Source: Idiomarinaceae bacterium
GTDB taxonomy: Bacteria; Pseudomonadota; Gammaproteobacteria; Enterobacterales; Alteromonadaceae
Length of the DNA: 64,000 nt
Direction: 5' to 3'
Assembly: GCA_002685255.1 (NCBI GenBank)
Contig: NYWU01000016.1
Location: 115,043 to 179,042, forward strand
The notes beneath the pieces are model-generated. The model was not told where the DNA came from. It did no database searches and worked only from the letters and a program-made list of their open reading frames with translations. Of this stretch, positions 1 to 10,482 are shown one piece after another (position 1 is the first letter of the stretch; every line of letters starts with the position of its first letter). Both the position numbers and the translations under genes were made by a program.

Positions 1-1
1 C

Positions 2-853
2 ATGCACCCTATTCACGCATTCGGCAGCGAAAAGCAACGTCAAAAATACCTACCCAAATTGGCAACCGGTGAATGGGTCGGTAGTTTTGGCCTCACTGAA
101 CCCGACGCGGGCTCTGATCCCGCAAGTATGCGAACTAAAGCGATAAAAACCGAGGCCGGTTACCGCATCACGGGTTCAAAGATGTGGATAACTAACTCAC
201 CTATCGCTGATGTGTTTGTTGTCTGGGCTAAATGCGACGGCGATATTGTCGGCTTCATTTTAGAACGCGGCATGAAGGGCTTATCCACGCCCGAAATTGA
301 AGGTAAGTTTTCATTACGCGCATCGATTACCGGTGAGATTGTAATGGATGATGTTGAAGTCAGCGAGGAGCAACGACTCCCCAACGTGAGCGGTCTTAAG
401 GGGCCGTTCAGTTGCCTCAACAAGGCGCGATACGGTATCGCTTGGGGAGCCATGGGTGCTGCCGAGTTTTGTTGGCATGCAGCACGTCAATACACCTTGG
501 ACCGTGAGCAGTTTGGGCGTCCGCTGGCCGCCAATCAGCTGATTCAAAAGAAATTAGCTGACATGCAAACGGAGATAAGCTTGGGCTTACTCGCAGCGCT
601 CCAAGCGGGTCGTCAACTCGATTTAGACGCACTTAATCCAACGGCTATATCGCTTATTAAACGTAATAATTGTGGTAAAGCGCTGGATATCGCTCGTCAA
701 TCGCGTGATATGCACGGCGGCAATGGTATTTCCGATGAGTATCACGTGATAAGGCATGTTATGAACCTCGAGTCAGTTAACACCTACGAGGGTACCCATG
801 ATGTGCATGCGCTGATATTGGGCCGTGGTCAAACAGGCATCAGCGCTTTTTAA
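2..853 (+). CDS. gcdH: Glutaryl-CoA dehydrogenase (acyl-CoA dehydrogenase family), 5'-truncated by window edge
   Basis: [67 protein letters not shown]. Confidence 0.85.
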   Translation: MHPIHAFGSEKQRQKYLPKLATGEWVGSFGLTEPDAGSDPASMRTKAIKTEAGYRITGSKMWITNSPIADVFVVWAKCDGDIVGFILERGMKGLSTPEIEGKFSLRASITGEIVMDDVEVSEEQRLPNVSGLKGPFSCLNKARYGIAWGAMGAAEFCWHAARQYTLDREQFGRPLAANQLIQKKLADMQTEISLGLLAALQAGRQLDLDALNPTAISLIKRNNCGKALDIARQSRDMHGGNGISDEYHVIRHVMNLESVNTYEGTHDVHALILGRGQTGISAF

Positions 854-877
854 CCACGTAGATAGATTGACGAGGGG

Positions 878-2578
878 TTAATGAACCCCTCGGTCATTCA
901 GATGGGCTTGATAGGCTTTGTCACTGTGCTGAATGTGCTGCAATAGCCAACGCTTCACAAATTCGAGCAACTCACCTACCACTTGGTCGCCCCGCTCGAT
1001 ACGACTCCGAAAATCAACGACTTGCTGCACCAACTGCTGATGCTTGTGTTTATGTGCATCCAGGTCGGGGTAGTCGTGGCGCTCCATCAACAATTCTTCG
1101 TAACTAAAATGAGTCGCAGTGTAGTTAATCAACGAGCTCAACAGCCGTTCGACCGCCTGGCGGTCGCCACCTCGCTGCTGTATTCGGTACAACTCATTAG
1201 CAATGTAAATCAACCGCTGGTGCTGACGGTTAATCTCCTCAATACCAACATCAAACTGTGGTGACCATTCAATGAGCTTTTCTTGCTGCGCCAGACGCGA
1301 CTCGATTATCTGGGCGTCGACTGAATAGCGATCACCTAACGATTGAATCTCACCGCCAAGCGTCGTTAGCTGCGCTGCACTTTCAAGTGCATGTTGTGAA
1401 TAGCTATCAACTTCTTTCGCTGCATCGGTTGCCGTGGTAATCGCTTCTTTAATGGTCGTGGTAGTCATCGCCTGTTGCTCGGTGGCAGAGGCCACTTGAG
1501 TATTAAGGTCAGTAATTTGATGAGTAAAGGTTACGATGGTATCGAGCGCCGCCTCAGCCTCTTCGGCGGAGAGTTTCGCTCGCTCTGCTTGCTGCGCATT
1601 ATTGTTAAGACTACTCACCGCTTGTTGGGTGTTTTGCTCCAAACGTTCCACCACACTTTGGATCTCGCCCGTTGATGTTTGTACTCGATGAGCAAGCTTA
1701 CGCACTTCATCAGCGACTACCGCAAAGCCACGTCCTGTCTCGCCCGCTCGCGCTGCCTCTATGGCCGCGTTAAGCGCAAGTAAATTGGTTTGTTCAGCAA
1801 TGTCATTGATGGTCGTCAAGATAGTGCCAATGGCTTTGCTATCTTCAGACAGACTATTTATCACCGATTGCGAGTGCAAGATCTCCTCACTCAAAGTGAT
1901 GTTGTGTTTTGCTAATTGCTGTACGCGCTCCCGCCCACTACTCGCTGCATTAAGGCTTTCATGAGCGCTGGTAGCCGCTCTTTGAGTCGATTCAGACACT
2001 TCATTGATGGCAGCGGTCATTTGTTCAGCGGCAGAAGAAACTTGATACATCGTATCGGCTTGTTGCTTAGTTTTCTCTGCTAACGCTTTATTGGCATCAT
2101 AATTAGCGGTACCGAGTCGATTCAAACCATCGCTGGCTGTGCGAATTGCGTGAACCGAGTAACTTGTCTCAACAGAGATTGTGTTAAGTCGCTCAGTTAG
2201 CCACGCCAGTTCGTCACTGCCCTTAAGTTGTGCGGTATTATTAAGATCGCCATTGGCCAATGCGCTTGATATTCGGTTAGCCTCGCCCAGCGAGCGTTTA
2301 ATTCCGGTATACATGGCCGTGAAGATAATGAGTTGTACCAAAACCATGCCAGCGAGCATAACCGCATTCCATAAAATAACTTGTGTGGGATCACTCACAT
2401 CGATCGCATGACCATTAAGCGCCGCTTGCTGGCGTTGGTAAGAGTCCCACATCATTAATAAACTGAGCACGATAACAGGCAAAAACAACAAGCTGCCGGT
2501 GACAATAAATTTATTCCTGAAACGCAGGCCATTAAAGAAAAGTTGGATTGGTTTGGTGACTGAAACGAGTGCGTGCAC
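878..2578 (-). CDS. Methyl-accepting chemotaxis protein with C-terminal bacteriohemerythrin domain
   Basis: 2 TM + HAMP + MCP signature ([37 protein letters not shown]); C-terminal [31 protein letters not shown]; GTG start. Confidence 0.9.
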   Translation of the reverse strand: MHALVSVTKPIQLFFNGLRFRNKFIVTGSLLFLPVIVLSLLMMWDSYQRQQAALNGHAIDVSDPTQVILWNAVMLAGMVLVQLIIFTAMYTGIKRSLGEANRISSALANGDLNNTAQLKGSDELAWLTERLNTISVETSYSVHAIRTASDGLNRLGTANYDANKALAEKTKQQADTMYQVSSAAEQMTAAINEVSESTQRAATSAHESLNAASSGRERVQQLAKHNITLSEEILHSQSVINSLSEDSKAIGTILTTINDIAEQTNLLALNAAIEAARAGETGRGFAVVADEVRKLAHRVQTSTGEIQSVVERLEQNTQQAVSSLNNNAQQAERAKLSAEEAEAALDTIVTFTHQITDLNTQVASATEQQAMTTTTIKEAITTATDAAKEVDSYSQHALESAAQLTTLGGEIQSLGDRYSVDAQIIESRLAQQEKLIEWSPQFDVGIEEINRQHQRLIYIANELYRIQQRGGDRQAVERLLSSLINYTATHFSYEELLMERHDYPDLDAHKHKHQQLVQQVVDFRSRIERGDQVVGELLEFVKRWLLQHIQHSDKAYQAHLNDRGVH

Positions 2579-2661
2579 AAGCCCTCCGAAAATTGGCTTA
2601 CATAACTACCCTACTGGTAGCATTTCTGAATGCACGTTATCTAATTTATGACGCTAATGAG

Positions 2662-2675
2662 TTGATCAGGATCAA
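2662..2675 (-). promoter_or_regulatory. FNR box upstream of MCP-hemerythrin
   Basis: TTGAT-CAGG-ATCAA, perfect consensus; -10-like TAACGT (minus, 2634-2639) at class II spacing. Confidence 0.7.
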
Positions 2676-2718
2676 GTCTTGCCTAAAGACTTGATCTGCC
2701 CCATGAACCAAAGCGGCA

Positions 2719-4257
2719 TTAGTCAGTGCTCAACTGATACCCGAGCACACTTAAATATTTATTCTCGCGAGCGATATCCGCTTCCAGTATCGCGCTTTTT
2801 GCCAACGGTCCTTGTAGCTTCAATAATAATGTCGAGCCTTTTAACTTGACCGAGTGCAACACGTTATGCGTCTGTCGACTCGCGTTGAGTAATACCGCCA
2901 ATCGAACCACCACAATCATGCGAGCAACGGTAAGGTGGTCAAACTGAGCAAATTCGGACAAGTCATCGACAATAATCTTCTTACGGAAATAGCGACACAA
3001 CAAGGCGAGCACGCGCTGCTCATCTGAGCTAAAGCCTGGCATATAAGCGTTCGAGAGAATATAGCCCGAGTGCTTTTGAATACCGCTTGAGCTTATGTTC
3101 ATGCCCACCTCATGCAAGCCACTCGCGCCAGCGAGCAAAAGTTTGATGTCAGGTGTATTCAGTTGCCAGGCTTTACCGAGTCCCTGCAAAATGCATTCGA
3201 CCGAAGCCCATACTCGTTGCGCTTGAGCATCATCCACTTGATAGCGCGCAGCCATACTTTGAATAGTTTTATAACGAATGTCTTTGTGAAAAACCGCCTG
3301 TTCTGCGAGTTCAAATAACACGCCTTCACGGAGTGCCGCATCCACTGGACTTAAGCGGTCAATATTAAGTTCTTCACACACGGCTATCAGTACCGCTAAC
3401 CCACCGACAATTGACGGTATCCGTTGTGCCTCGACCTCTGTCGGATCGATCTGTGCTACATTTTTTAACGACAGCAACTTGTCGCGCAACTGATGCAACT
3501 GGTGCAGTGTTATCGTTAAATCGCCATCGGCATTTGGGTTAATCCACTTGGCTAGCGCCTTGATGGTACCAGAAGTGCCCAACACTTGTTCTGTGTGAGC
3601 ACGCTTGAGCTGCTTACTAAATGGCTCAAGCTCTTGTTTAACGCTAAGAATCGCTTTGTGAAAGCGCTTTTCAGTAATCTTGCCTTTCGCAAAAAAACGC
3701 TCCGAAACCACTAAACTACCAAAACTTTTTGATAGCAATATCTCGGGTATCTCACCCTGACCGACGGCAAATTCAGTACTACCACCGCCAATATCAATAA
3801 TCAGCCGTACGCCACGAAACGGAACCGCTTGCGCCACGCCCAAATAGATAAGACGGGCTTCTTCACGACCTGAAATGACTTCGATCGGAAACGGCAATAA
3901 CTGTCGTGCAGCATGAATAAACTTTTTACGATTGTTTGCTTCACGTAAGGTGTGAGTCGCCACAACACGCACCCGCTCCGGACTGAAGTCCCTCAAATGC
4001 ATGGCAAATTGAGACAGCGCATCTAAACCACGCTCAAATGCCTCAACGCTAATGCCTTTATTCACTAATCCTTCAGCCAAAGACACACGTTGCTTGAACT
4101 TATGTATCGGTTGTATTTGTCCTTCAATTACCCGACCAATGATCAAGTGAAAGCTGTTAGAGCCCAAATCAAGCGCTGCCAAGTGCTCACGGTTATCTGA
4201 TTTCAACCAATCAGAGTGAGTAGTTTCAGTCATAAGTTCTTCGTTTGAAGTATTCAT
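2719..4257 (-). CDS. ppx: Exopolyphosphatase (start may be ATG at 4233)
   Basis: AALDLGSNSFHL, VVATHTLREA, IISG.EEARLIYLG-like motif, IDIGGGSTE, ALREGVL; overlaps the ppk stop. Confidence 0.92.
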   Translation of the reverse strand: MNTSNEELMTETTHSDWLKSDNREHLAALDLGSNSFHLIIGRVIEGQIQPIHKFKQRVSLAEGLVNKGISVEAFERGLDALSQFAMHLRDFSPERVRVVATHTLREANNRKKFIHAARQLLPFPIEVISGREEARLIYLGVAQAVPFRGVRLIIDIGGGSTEFAVGQGEIPEILLSKSFGSLVVSERFFAKGKITEKRFHKAILSVKQELEPFSKQLKRAHTEQVLGTSGTIKALAKWINPNADGDLTITLHQLHQLRDKLLSLKNVAQIDPTEVEAQRIPSIVGGLAVLIAVCEELNIDRLSPVDAALREGVLFELAEQAVFHKDIRYKTIQSMAARYQVDDAQAQRVWASVECILQGLGKAWQLNTPDIKLLLAGASGLHEVGMNISSSGIQKHSGYILSNAYMPGFSSDEQRVLALLCRYFRKKIIVDDLSEFAQFDHLTVARMIVVVRLAVLLNASRQTHNVLHSVKLKGSTLLLKLQGPLAKSAILEADIARENKYLSVLGYQLSTD

Positions 4258-6292
4258 GTATTTTTAGTTGTGACCTTAACCGCTTACGACGAGGGATCTG
4301 GTCGCGCTCAGACACTGGCGTGACATATTCATTTACTTGTTCGGCATCGATACGACGCGCTTTGATATTGTCGTTCCACTGCATATCCATAATAGCCAGT
4401 ATATCCTGTTGTGCAGCGTGATCGTATATTGGGCATGCGACCTCAACCCGATGATCAACGTTACGTGTCATCAAATCAGCCGACGAAATAAAGACCTTTG
4501 TATCACCATCATTGCCAAAGATATACACACGCGCATGCTCTAAAAACCGATCAATAATACTGATCACTTCGATATTTTCGCTGAGCTGAGGTACATTGGG
4601 TCGTAACGTACACATTCCGCGCACAATGCAACGAATTTTTACGCCTGCACGACTCGCTCGGTATAGTTGTACGATCAGCGCATTATCAACCAGATTGTTC
4701 AGCTTTAGGAAAATTTCCGCAGGTCTACCATTTTTCGCATGATTAATTTCCCGCTCAATGAGTTCATTAATTCGCGTACGCAAATTATTAGGCGCCACTA
4801 GTAACTGATGCCACGGGTAAAAACGATACGGTTGCTCAAGGTAGTTAAACACATTCTCAATATCTGAGCAGATTTCAGGGTGACACGTAAATAAGCTAAA
4901 GTCGGTATAGAGTTTTGCTGTTTTTTCATGAAAATTCCCCGTCCCAATAACACCATAACGACGAATAGCATGCTCCTCCTGCCGATGTATCAACAATAAC
5001 TTCGAATGAACCTTGAGTCCTTGTAGACCGAAAATCACTTTCACACCGGATTCAGTCAGCTCCTTCGCCCATTCTATATTCGCCTCTTCATCAAAGCGCG
5101 CTTGCAACTCCACCATCACGGTGACTTTCTTTCCGTTTTGCACCGCATCCATCAATGAATGAATAATCCGAGAATTAGGCGCGACACGGTAAATACACAT
5201 ATGAATTTTTAATACATGGGGGTCATAACAGGACTGCCGGATCACCTCAGTAAAGTGGGCAAACCGGTGATACGGATAATAGAGCAAAATGTCGTTACGC
5301 TTAATCGCATCAAATACATTATCCGCCAACTCAAAACGAGGATGCTTGAGTGCAGGAATTGGTGGATGCTCGAGCTTTTTACCGCCTAAGTTTTTAAAGC
5401 TTAAAAAGTCTTTCGTATTGCGATAGCGCCCGCCCGCAACCATGGCATCGTACTGATTAAGATGTAGTTTCTTACTCAACAGGTTCAACATGTGAATCGG
5501 CATTGCCCGATCATACACAAGCCTTACCGGGTCGGCTTTTTCCCGCTGTTTTAAGCCTTCTTCCATACGTTCAAGTAAGCTCTGCTCAATATCATCAGAG
5601 GGACGGTACTCTGCATCACGCGTCATTTTGAAAGAAAAGGCAATAATAGACTGAAACGGCACGATACCTTTAAATAGGCTGGCCAAATTGAGTAATACAA
5701 CATCATCAAGGAATAGTACTTTACGTAGCTTGCTATCACGCTTTTTAGGCAAAATAACAAAACGCGATAATTCATGAGAGGGGATTTGCACCGCAGCGTA
5801 CTTACGTTGACCTGACTGTTGCAATTGCGCCAATAAGTAAGTTTTATCTTCGTTTATGACTTTAACCAAATCGGTCGTATCATTGATGAGGATAGGCACA
5901 ATTTGCGGCTTTATTTTGTTATCAAAATATTCCCGTAAGCCTGCCTTTTCGTCTTCTGTAACCTGCTCACCCGAAGCCCAAATAATGTTTTCAGCCCGCA
6001 ACGCTTTTATCACTTTACGGTGAATCAGCTCGAACTGTTCCTGTAACTGCACTACTTTTTGTTGGATGAGATGCAGTAATCGCTCGCTGTCTTTTCGCTG
6101 TGCATCGGTTTGTGCAAAGAAAATTCGTCGGCGCACATCGGCGACACGGACCTGAAAAAACTCGTCCATGTTAGAGGAAAATATACCGAGGAATCTTACT
6201 CGTTCAATAACGGGCACTTCCTCGTCATTGGCTTCTTGAAGCACGCGCTCGTTAAACGAAAGCCAACTCAACTCTTTAAAATAGAACTTCAT
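4226..6292 (-). CDS. ppk1: Polyphosphate kinase 1
   Basis: KELSWLSFNERVLQEA, FSSNMDEFF, LLYYPYH, VELQARFDEEANI, KVHSKL, RFLEHAR, SSADLMTRN. Confidence 0.95.
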   Translation of the reverse strand: MKFYFKELSWLSFNERVLQEANDEEVPVIERVRFLGIFSSNMDEFFQVRVADVRRRIFFAQTDAQRKDSERLLHLIQQKVVQLQEQFELIHRKVIKALRAENIIWASGEQVTEDEKAGLREYFDNKIKPQIVPILINDTTDLVKVINEDKTYLLAQLQQSGQRKYAAVQIPSHELSRFVILPKKRDSKLRKVLFLDDVVLLNLASLFKGIVPFQSIIAFSFKMTRDAEYRPSDDIEQSLLERMEEGLKQREKADPVRLVYDRAMPIHMLNLLSKKLHLNQYDAMVAGGRYRNTKDFLSFKNLGGKKLEHPPIPALKHPRFELADNVFDAIKRNDILLYYPYHRFAHFTEVIRQSCYDPHVLKIHMCIYRVAPNSRIIHSLMDAVQNGKKVTVMVELQARFDEEANIEWAKELTESGVKVIFGLQGLKVHSKLLLIHRQEEHAIRRYGVIGTGNFHEKTAKLYTDFSLFTCHPEICSDIENVFNYLEQPYRFYPWHQLLVAPNNLRTRINELIEREINHAKNGRPAEIFLKLNNLVDNALIVQLYRASRAGVKIRCIVRGMCTLRPNVPQLSENIEVISIIDRFLEHARVYIFGNDGDTKVFISSADLMTRNVDHRVEVACPIYDHAAQQDILAIMDMQWNDNIKARRIDAEQVNEYVTPVSERDQIPRRKRLRSQLKIHEYFKRRTYD

Positions 6293-6354
6293 ACAAAAAC
6301 GCCTGGCCGCTTATCTATTTAATATACAGAATAGCGCGACCAAGCGATTACAGT

Positions 6355-6372
6355 ATGACAGTAAAATGACAA
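6355..6372 (-). promoter_or_regulatory. Pho box upstream of ppk-ppx
   Basis: minus strand TTGTCAT-TTTA-CTGTCAT (11-bp period), about 63 bp upstream of the ppk ATG. Confidence 0.7.
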
Positions 6373-7071
6373 CTAGAAGGTATAACGTAGAGCAATCATC
6401 GCCACGTAGGGGTCAATTGCTACATCCGTCTGCTCAATTGTACTGCCGTTTAAACGAACTGACGCTGTAGTATCAATGTCGATATGGCTCACCATTAACT
6501 GCGCACCCCAACGCTCTGAGATCTGCCAGTTCACACCCGCTTGTATTGCCGCGCCCCAAGAATTGGATAACGCCAAATCTACGGAGTCATCAGCGCTCGC
6601 TACGCCGAGTGTTTGTAACGTTTGGGTTAGCTCGCTCGATGCCTGATCATCGAAAAACGTGGTGTAGTTAACACCTAAGCCAACAAAGGGCTCAAGTCCT
6701 TGAACACCCGTATCCCAATGATATTGAACAAATAACGTTGGCGGTAAATGTTTGGTCTTACCGATAGATAAGCCGCTCAAAGTGCCCGAACCGTAAATAT
6801 CGTGAGAGAACGGCGTCGCTGCCACCAATTCAAGCCCCCAACCATTTTCCCACTGATAGTCAAAAGTGAGACCGAGTTGGGTGTTGGTGTTTACGGCGAC
6901 ACCGGTTGAATTAGCAGGTAGTCCAGCTACTTGCTCTACCGTGTTTAATGAGCTGCTACTATCATCAGGAATCACTGAAATAGCACCCACATTAATTGAG
7001 AAGTCTTGCGCTTGGGCAAACGATGCGGCGAACAGTGTTGCAAGTGCAACGGCGGAAGTTAAACGCTTCAT
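6373..7071 (-). CDS. ompW: Outer membrane protein W
   Basis: signal peptide; VELVAATPFSHD-like motif, KHLPPTL, PFVGLGVNYT.F, terminal YTF. Confidence 0.9.
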   Translation of the reverse strand: MKRLTSAVALATLFAASFAQAQDFSINVGAISVIPDDSSSSLNTVEQVAGLPANSTGVAVNTNTQLGLTFDYQWENGWGLELVAATPFSHDIYGSGTLSGLSIGKTKHLPPTLFVQYHWDTGVQGLEPFVGLGVNYTTFFDDQASSELTQTLQTLGVASADDSVDLALSNSWGAAIQAGVNWQISERWGAQLMVSHIDIDTTASVRLNGSTIEQTDVAIDPYVAMIALRYTF

Positions 7072-7129
7072 GAGTCACTCCTACTTTTAGATGACCCATG
7101 AAGCATAACGAGTTTGAGATCAGCGAGGC

Positions 7130-7143
7130 TTGACCTGTATCAA
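7130..7143 (-). promoter_or_regulatory. FNR box upstream of ompW
   Basis: TTGAC-CTGT-ATCAA (1 mismatch); -10 TATGCT (minus, 7102-7107) at class II spacing. Confidence 0.7.
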
Positions 7144-7152
7144 CAGAGTCTT

Positions 7153-7869
7153 CTATACCTCAGCATTGTGATAGATGTTTTGCACATCATCACAGTCGTT
7201 AAGCATATCCATCAAACGCTCAAACATCGGCATATCATCTTCCGCAATTGCGGTGGTGACATGGGGGACAAATTGAATTTCGTCCGTATCAAAGTCAATA
7301 TCCGCAAAGGCTGCGGTTAATGCCTGCCGCGCAGCTGCATACTCAGTATGCGGAGCGAACACGGTAACAACACCGTCATCAAACTCCACGTCGCCTACAT
7401 CGACATCAGCGTCCATCAATGCCTCGAGTACGTCATCTTCGTTATCATGCTTGAACGCAAAAATCGCACAATGTTCAAACGAGTGCATGACACTGCCCTG
7501 TTCGCCGATCTTACATTTGCTTTTAGTGAAGCAATTGCGCACCTCACCAAACGTGCGGTTCGGATTATCCGTAAGACACTCGACAATAACCATACAGTTA
7601 CTGGGGCCATATCCCTCGTAGCGAGCCGGTGAGAAGTCCTCACCCGCACCACCCTGCGCTTTATCAAGCGCTTTATCAATCACGTGAGACGGGACCTGCT
7701 CCTTTTTGGCGCGATCAATCAAGCTCCGCAATGCCAAATTCGCATCAGGGTCGGGCCCACTTTGTTTTGCACAGACATAAATTTCGCGACCAAAGCGACT
7801 GTATACGCGGCTCTTTGCGGTCGCTGTTTTTGCAATGGATTCTTTTCGGTTTTGATAGGCGCGGCCCAT
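7153..7869 (-). CDS. YebC/PmpR family protein
   Basis: MGRAYQNRK, YEGYGP, VECLTDNPNRT, DDVQNIYHN. Confidence 0.92.
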   Translation of the reverse strand: MGRAYQNRKESIAKTATAKSRVYSRFGREIYVCAKQSGPDPDANLALRSLIDRAKKEQVPSHVIDKALDKAQGGAGEDFSPARYEGYGPSNCMVIVECLTDNPNRTFGEVRNCFTKSKCKIGEQGSVMHSFEHCAIFAFKHDNEDDVLEALMDADVDVGDVEFDDGVVTVFAPHTEYAAARQALTAAFADIDFDTDEIQFVPHVTTAIAEDDMPMFERLMDMLNDCDDVQNIYHNAEV

Positions 7870-7945
7870 AATAGTCTCTCTTACCTTACAAATCAGTTCA
7901 TAAAACGCACCAGATTTTACACAGCCAGAGCTGAACGGTCTATTT

Positions 7946-7985
7946 TATTCACAGATTTGTCATGAGCTATTAAACGGGTTGTCAT
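7946..7985 (+). promoter_or_regulatory. Pho-box-like 11-bp-phased array upstream of the plcP-like gene
   Basis: TATTCAC(7946)-TTGTCAT(7957)-TATTAAA(7968)-TTGTCAT(7979). Confidence 0.55.
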
Positions 7986-8029
7986 CTTTACGGGCTATTT
8001 TTTCAGCGTTCATCATCGGGAGGCTGAAC

Positions 8030-8839
8030 ATGAGCAAACACAAGCCATCGGTCAACACGCTGTTTCTTTCTGATATTCACCTAGGTTCATCCACCAGTCA
8101 TTGTGAGCTGCTGCTCGAGTTTTTAAAGCATGTTCGCTTTAAGAAGCTAGTTTTAGTGGGTGATATTATTGATTTATGGGCGATTCGTAGCAAAGGCCAA
8201 GGATTAGATGAATCGCATATTAAAGTGATTCGCAAACTGCTCAAGCAGGCGCAAGAAGGCGTGCAGGTTGTTTATATTACCGGCAATCACGATGGCGGTT
8301 TACGCCAACTGCTCGATGACTACCCGTTTGATAAGGGCATCGTTAATATCCAACTGACCAATACCTATGATTACTGGGCACTTAACGGTAGCCGCTACAT
8401 TGTAATGCACGGTGATCAGTTTGATAATCAAGTACGAGGCCATCGCCTGCTCAATTGGGTTGGTGATACCATCTATGAGGGCTTGCTTAAAATTAACCGT
8501 CGCTTTAATCGTTGGCGCTCTCGCAAGGGTTACGTCTATTGGAGCTTAGCCAAAGCAGTGAAGTCGCGTTCTTCGCAAGCATTGAAATATGTTCACCGTT
8601 ACCAACTTGCTGCCACCGCCTACGCTGAGCGTAAGGGTTATGACGGTGTCATATGCGGACATATCCATGTACCCGCCGATCGTCATTTTAATAATACGCA
8701 TTATTTAAATACCGGTGACTGGCAAGATTCCTGTAGCGCTATCGTTGAACACGAAAATGGCGACTGGGAGCTATTAGACGTACCTTCATGGCTTAATAGT
8801 CAGGCGAGCATCAAACAACTCAAACCCCGTGTAGCTTAA
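8030..8839 (+). CDS. PlcP-like metallophosphoesterase (usually annotated UDP-2,3-diacylglucosamine diphosphatase family)
   Basis: SDIHLG, GDIIDLW, GNHD, HGDQFD, YWSL, CGHIH, NTGDW..SCSAIVEH; GGGAGG RBS before ATG 8030 (track start 7979 is a TTG inside the Pho box). Confidence 0.75.
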   Translation: MSKHKPSVNTLFLSDIHLGSSTSHCELLLEFLKHVRFKKLVLVGDIIDLWAIRSKGQGLDESHIKVIRKLLKQAQEGVQVVYITGNHDGGLRQLLDDYPFDKGIVNIQLTNTYDYWALNGSRYIVMHGDQFDNQVRGHRLLNWVGDTIYEGLLKINRRFNRWRSRKGYVYWSLAKAVKSRSSQALKYVHRYQLAATAYAERKGYDGVICGHIHVPADRHFNNTHYLNTGDWQDSCSAIVEHENGDWELLDVPSWLNSQASIKQLKPRVA

Positions 8840-10482
8840 CTCATCACACAGTTACGTCCGCAACTTTTAGCGGCGTACAGCGCTTTGTCAGCGTGGCGCA
8901 GTACTTCATTATGCGTCGCGCCGTTGCGATGAATGGCAACGCCAAACGACGCTGTAATTTTAATTTCATTGCCCTCAGATCGAATCACTAACGCCTCTAA
9001 AGCGGCGCGGAATCGCTCAGCCGTATGAGTTGCTTGTTGCAACGTCTGATTGGGTAACAACAGCGAAAACTCCTCACCGCCAGTACGCGCAAAGATATCG
9101 CTTTCTCGTACCAGTCGGCCGAGCGTCTGCACCAGCTCAATTAATACACGGTCACCTGCTTCGTGACCAAAGTTATCATTAATTCGCTTAAAATGATCGA
9201 TATCAAACGTGACGATCGCCAAGGATTCTTCATAGCGCTCACTTCGATACACCAGCGTTTCTAAAGCCTCGGTAAAGAAGCGTCGATTATAAGCGCCGGT
9301 GAGTGGGTCACGTTCTGCTTGTTCTTTCAGTCTCAACTCGAGTTCTTTTTCTTCGGTAATATCCCTTAGTGTGCCTAAAACCATTTCACCGTTAGCTTCC
9401 ATTTCCACGATCTGCCTCACCCACAAATAGTGTCCATCCATGTGTTGAACGCGATGCTGAATATCGACAGTGTGGCCCGGTTTTAATTCACGTTCGGCTA
9501 TTATAATTTGATCGAGGTCATCGGGGTGGGTTCTGTCTCGAAAAAAGTGAAAGTCGCCACTGTCTGGCTTTTCGCGCCAACCTAAGATGGTATAGATCAT
9601 ATCTGACCAGTAGATTGTTCTATTATTCAGGTTGGCTTCCCAGTGACCGAGTTTAGTTAATGCTTGCGCTTGTTTTAAATTACGCCGACTGCGCTCGAGC
9701 TCAAGCTCCATCATTTTGCGCTCAGAAATATCGACAATCATGCCGTACCAGCTAATCGAATCGTTCGTTTTATACACCGGTCGAGCGTGGCCAAATACCC
9801 AACGCTCCTTGCCATTGACAACCACGCGGTATTCACAGACCCAGTCGCTCATATTGGCACGCGATTGTGCGATAGTTTCCATAATGTGAGGCATATCATC
9901 AGGGTGAAGCGTTTCAAACACGGCTGATGCATCCTCGATGACGTGCTCGGGGTCGACACCGTAAATTTCTTTAATGCCTGCGCTGGCGTATGGGAACCGT
10001 GTCCGACCATCTTCGAACTGCTGAAACTCATAAACGACACCTGGAATTAACGAAGCAATCGTCGAAAAGCGATGACGCAACTCAACCAGGTGGGTAATTT
10101 CAATATGGCTTCCTATGACCCACTCAGGCTTACCATCGGCAGTCCACGTTTCACACCGTCCCGAATCACGAACCCAAACCCAATGCCCATCCTTGTGGCG
10201 CATTCGCGCTTCACACTCATAAAATGGCGAGCGACCTGCAAAGTGCTCTTCAAGTCGCTGATTGGATAAAACGAGGTCTTCTGGATGCGAGTGTTGGAGC
10301 CAACTGTCGATACTCGGTGTCAGCTCATCCAGTTGATAACCGATAATCTCTGCCCAACGCTCGTTAAAGCGGCATTCGCCGGTTTGTACGTTCCACTCCC
10401 ACGTGCCAGCCTGCGTCGCTTCAATCATCGACAATAGCTTTTTCACGTACAGCGATTCAGGTGGCTTTGGCGAGGTATACAT
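8836..10482 (-). CDS. Diguanylate cyclase with three PAS (PAS_3) domains
   Basis: PAS repeats (HPED, HPDD x2); DIDHFKRIND.FGH..GD, I-site RESD, ARTGGEEF, ADKALYAAK. Confidence 0.9.
   Translation of the reverse strand: MYTSPKPPESLYVKKLLSMIEATQAGTWEWNVQTGECRFNERWAEIIGYQLDELTPSIDSWLQHSHPEDLVLSNQRLEEHFAGRSPFYECEARMRHKDGHWVWVRDSGRCETWTADGKPEWVIGSHIEITHLVELRHRFSTIASLIPGVVYEFQQFEDGRTRFPYASAGIKEIYGVDPEHVIEDASAVFETLHPDDMPHIMETIAQSRANMSDWVCEYRVVVNGKERWVFGHARPVYKTNDSISWYGMIVDISERKMMELELERSRRNLKQAQALTKLGHWEANLNNRTIYWSDMIYTILGWREKPDSGDFHFFRDRTHPDDLDQIIIAERELKPGHTVDIQHRVQHMDGHYLWVRQIVEMEANGEMVLGTLRDITEEKELELRLKEQAERDPLTGAYNRRFFTEALETLVYRSERYEESLAIVTFDIDHFKRINDNFGHEAGDRVLIELVQTLGRLVRESDIFARTGGEEFSLLLPNQTLQQATHTAERFRAALEALVIRSEGNEIKITASFGVAIHRNGATHNEVLRHADKALYAAKSCGRNCVMS

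Noticed and set aside
8030-8839. Calling this gene lpxH
   Set aside because: It has GNHD rather than the LpxH GNR motif, has PlcP-type C-terminal motifs, and is preceded by a Pho-box array.
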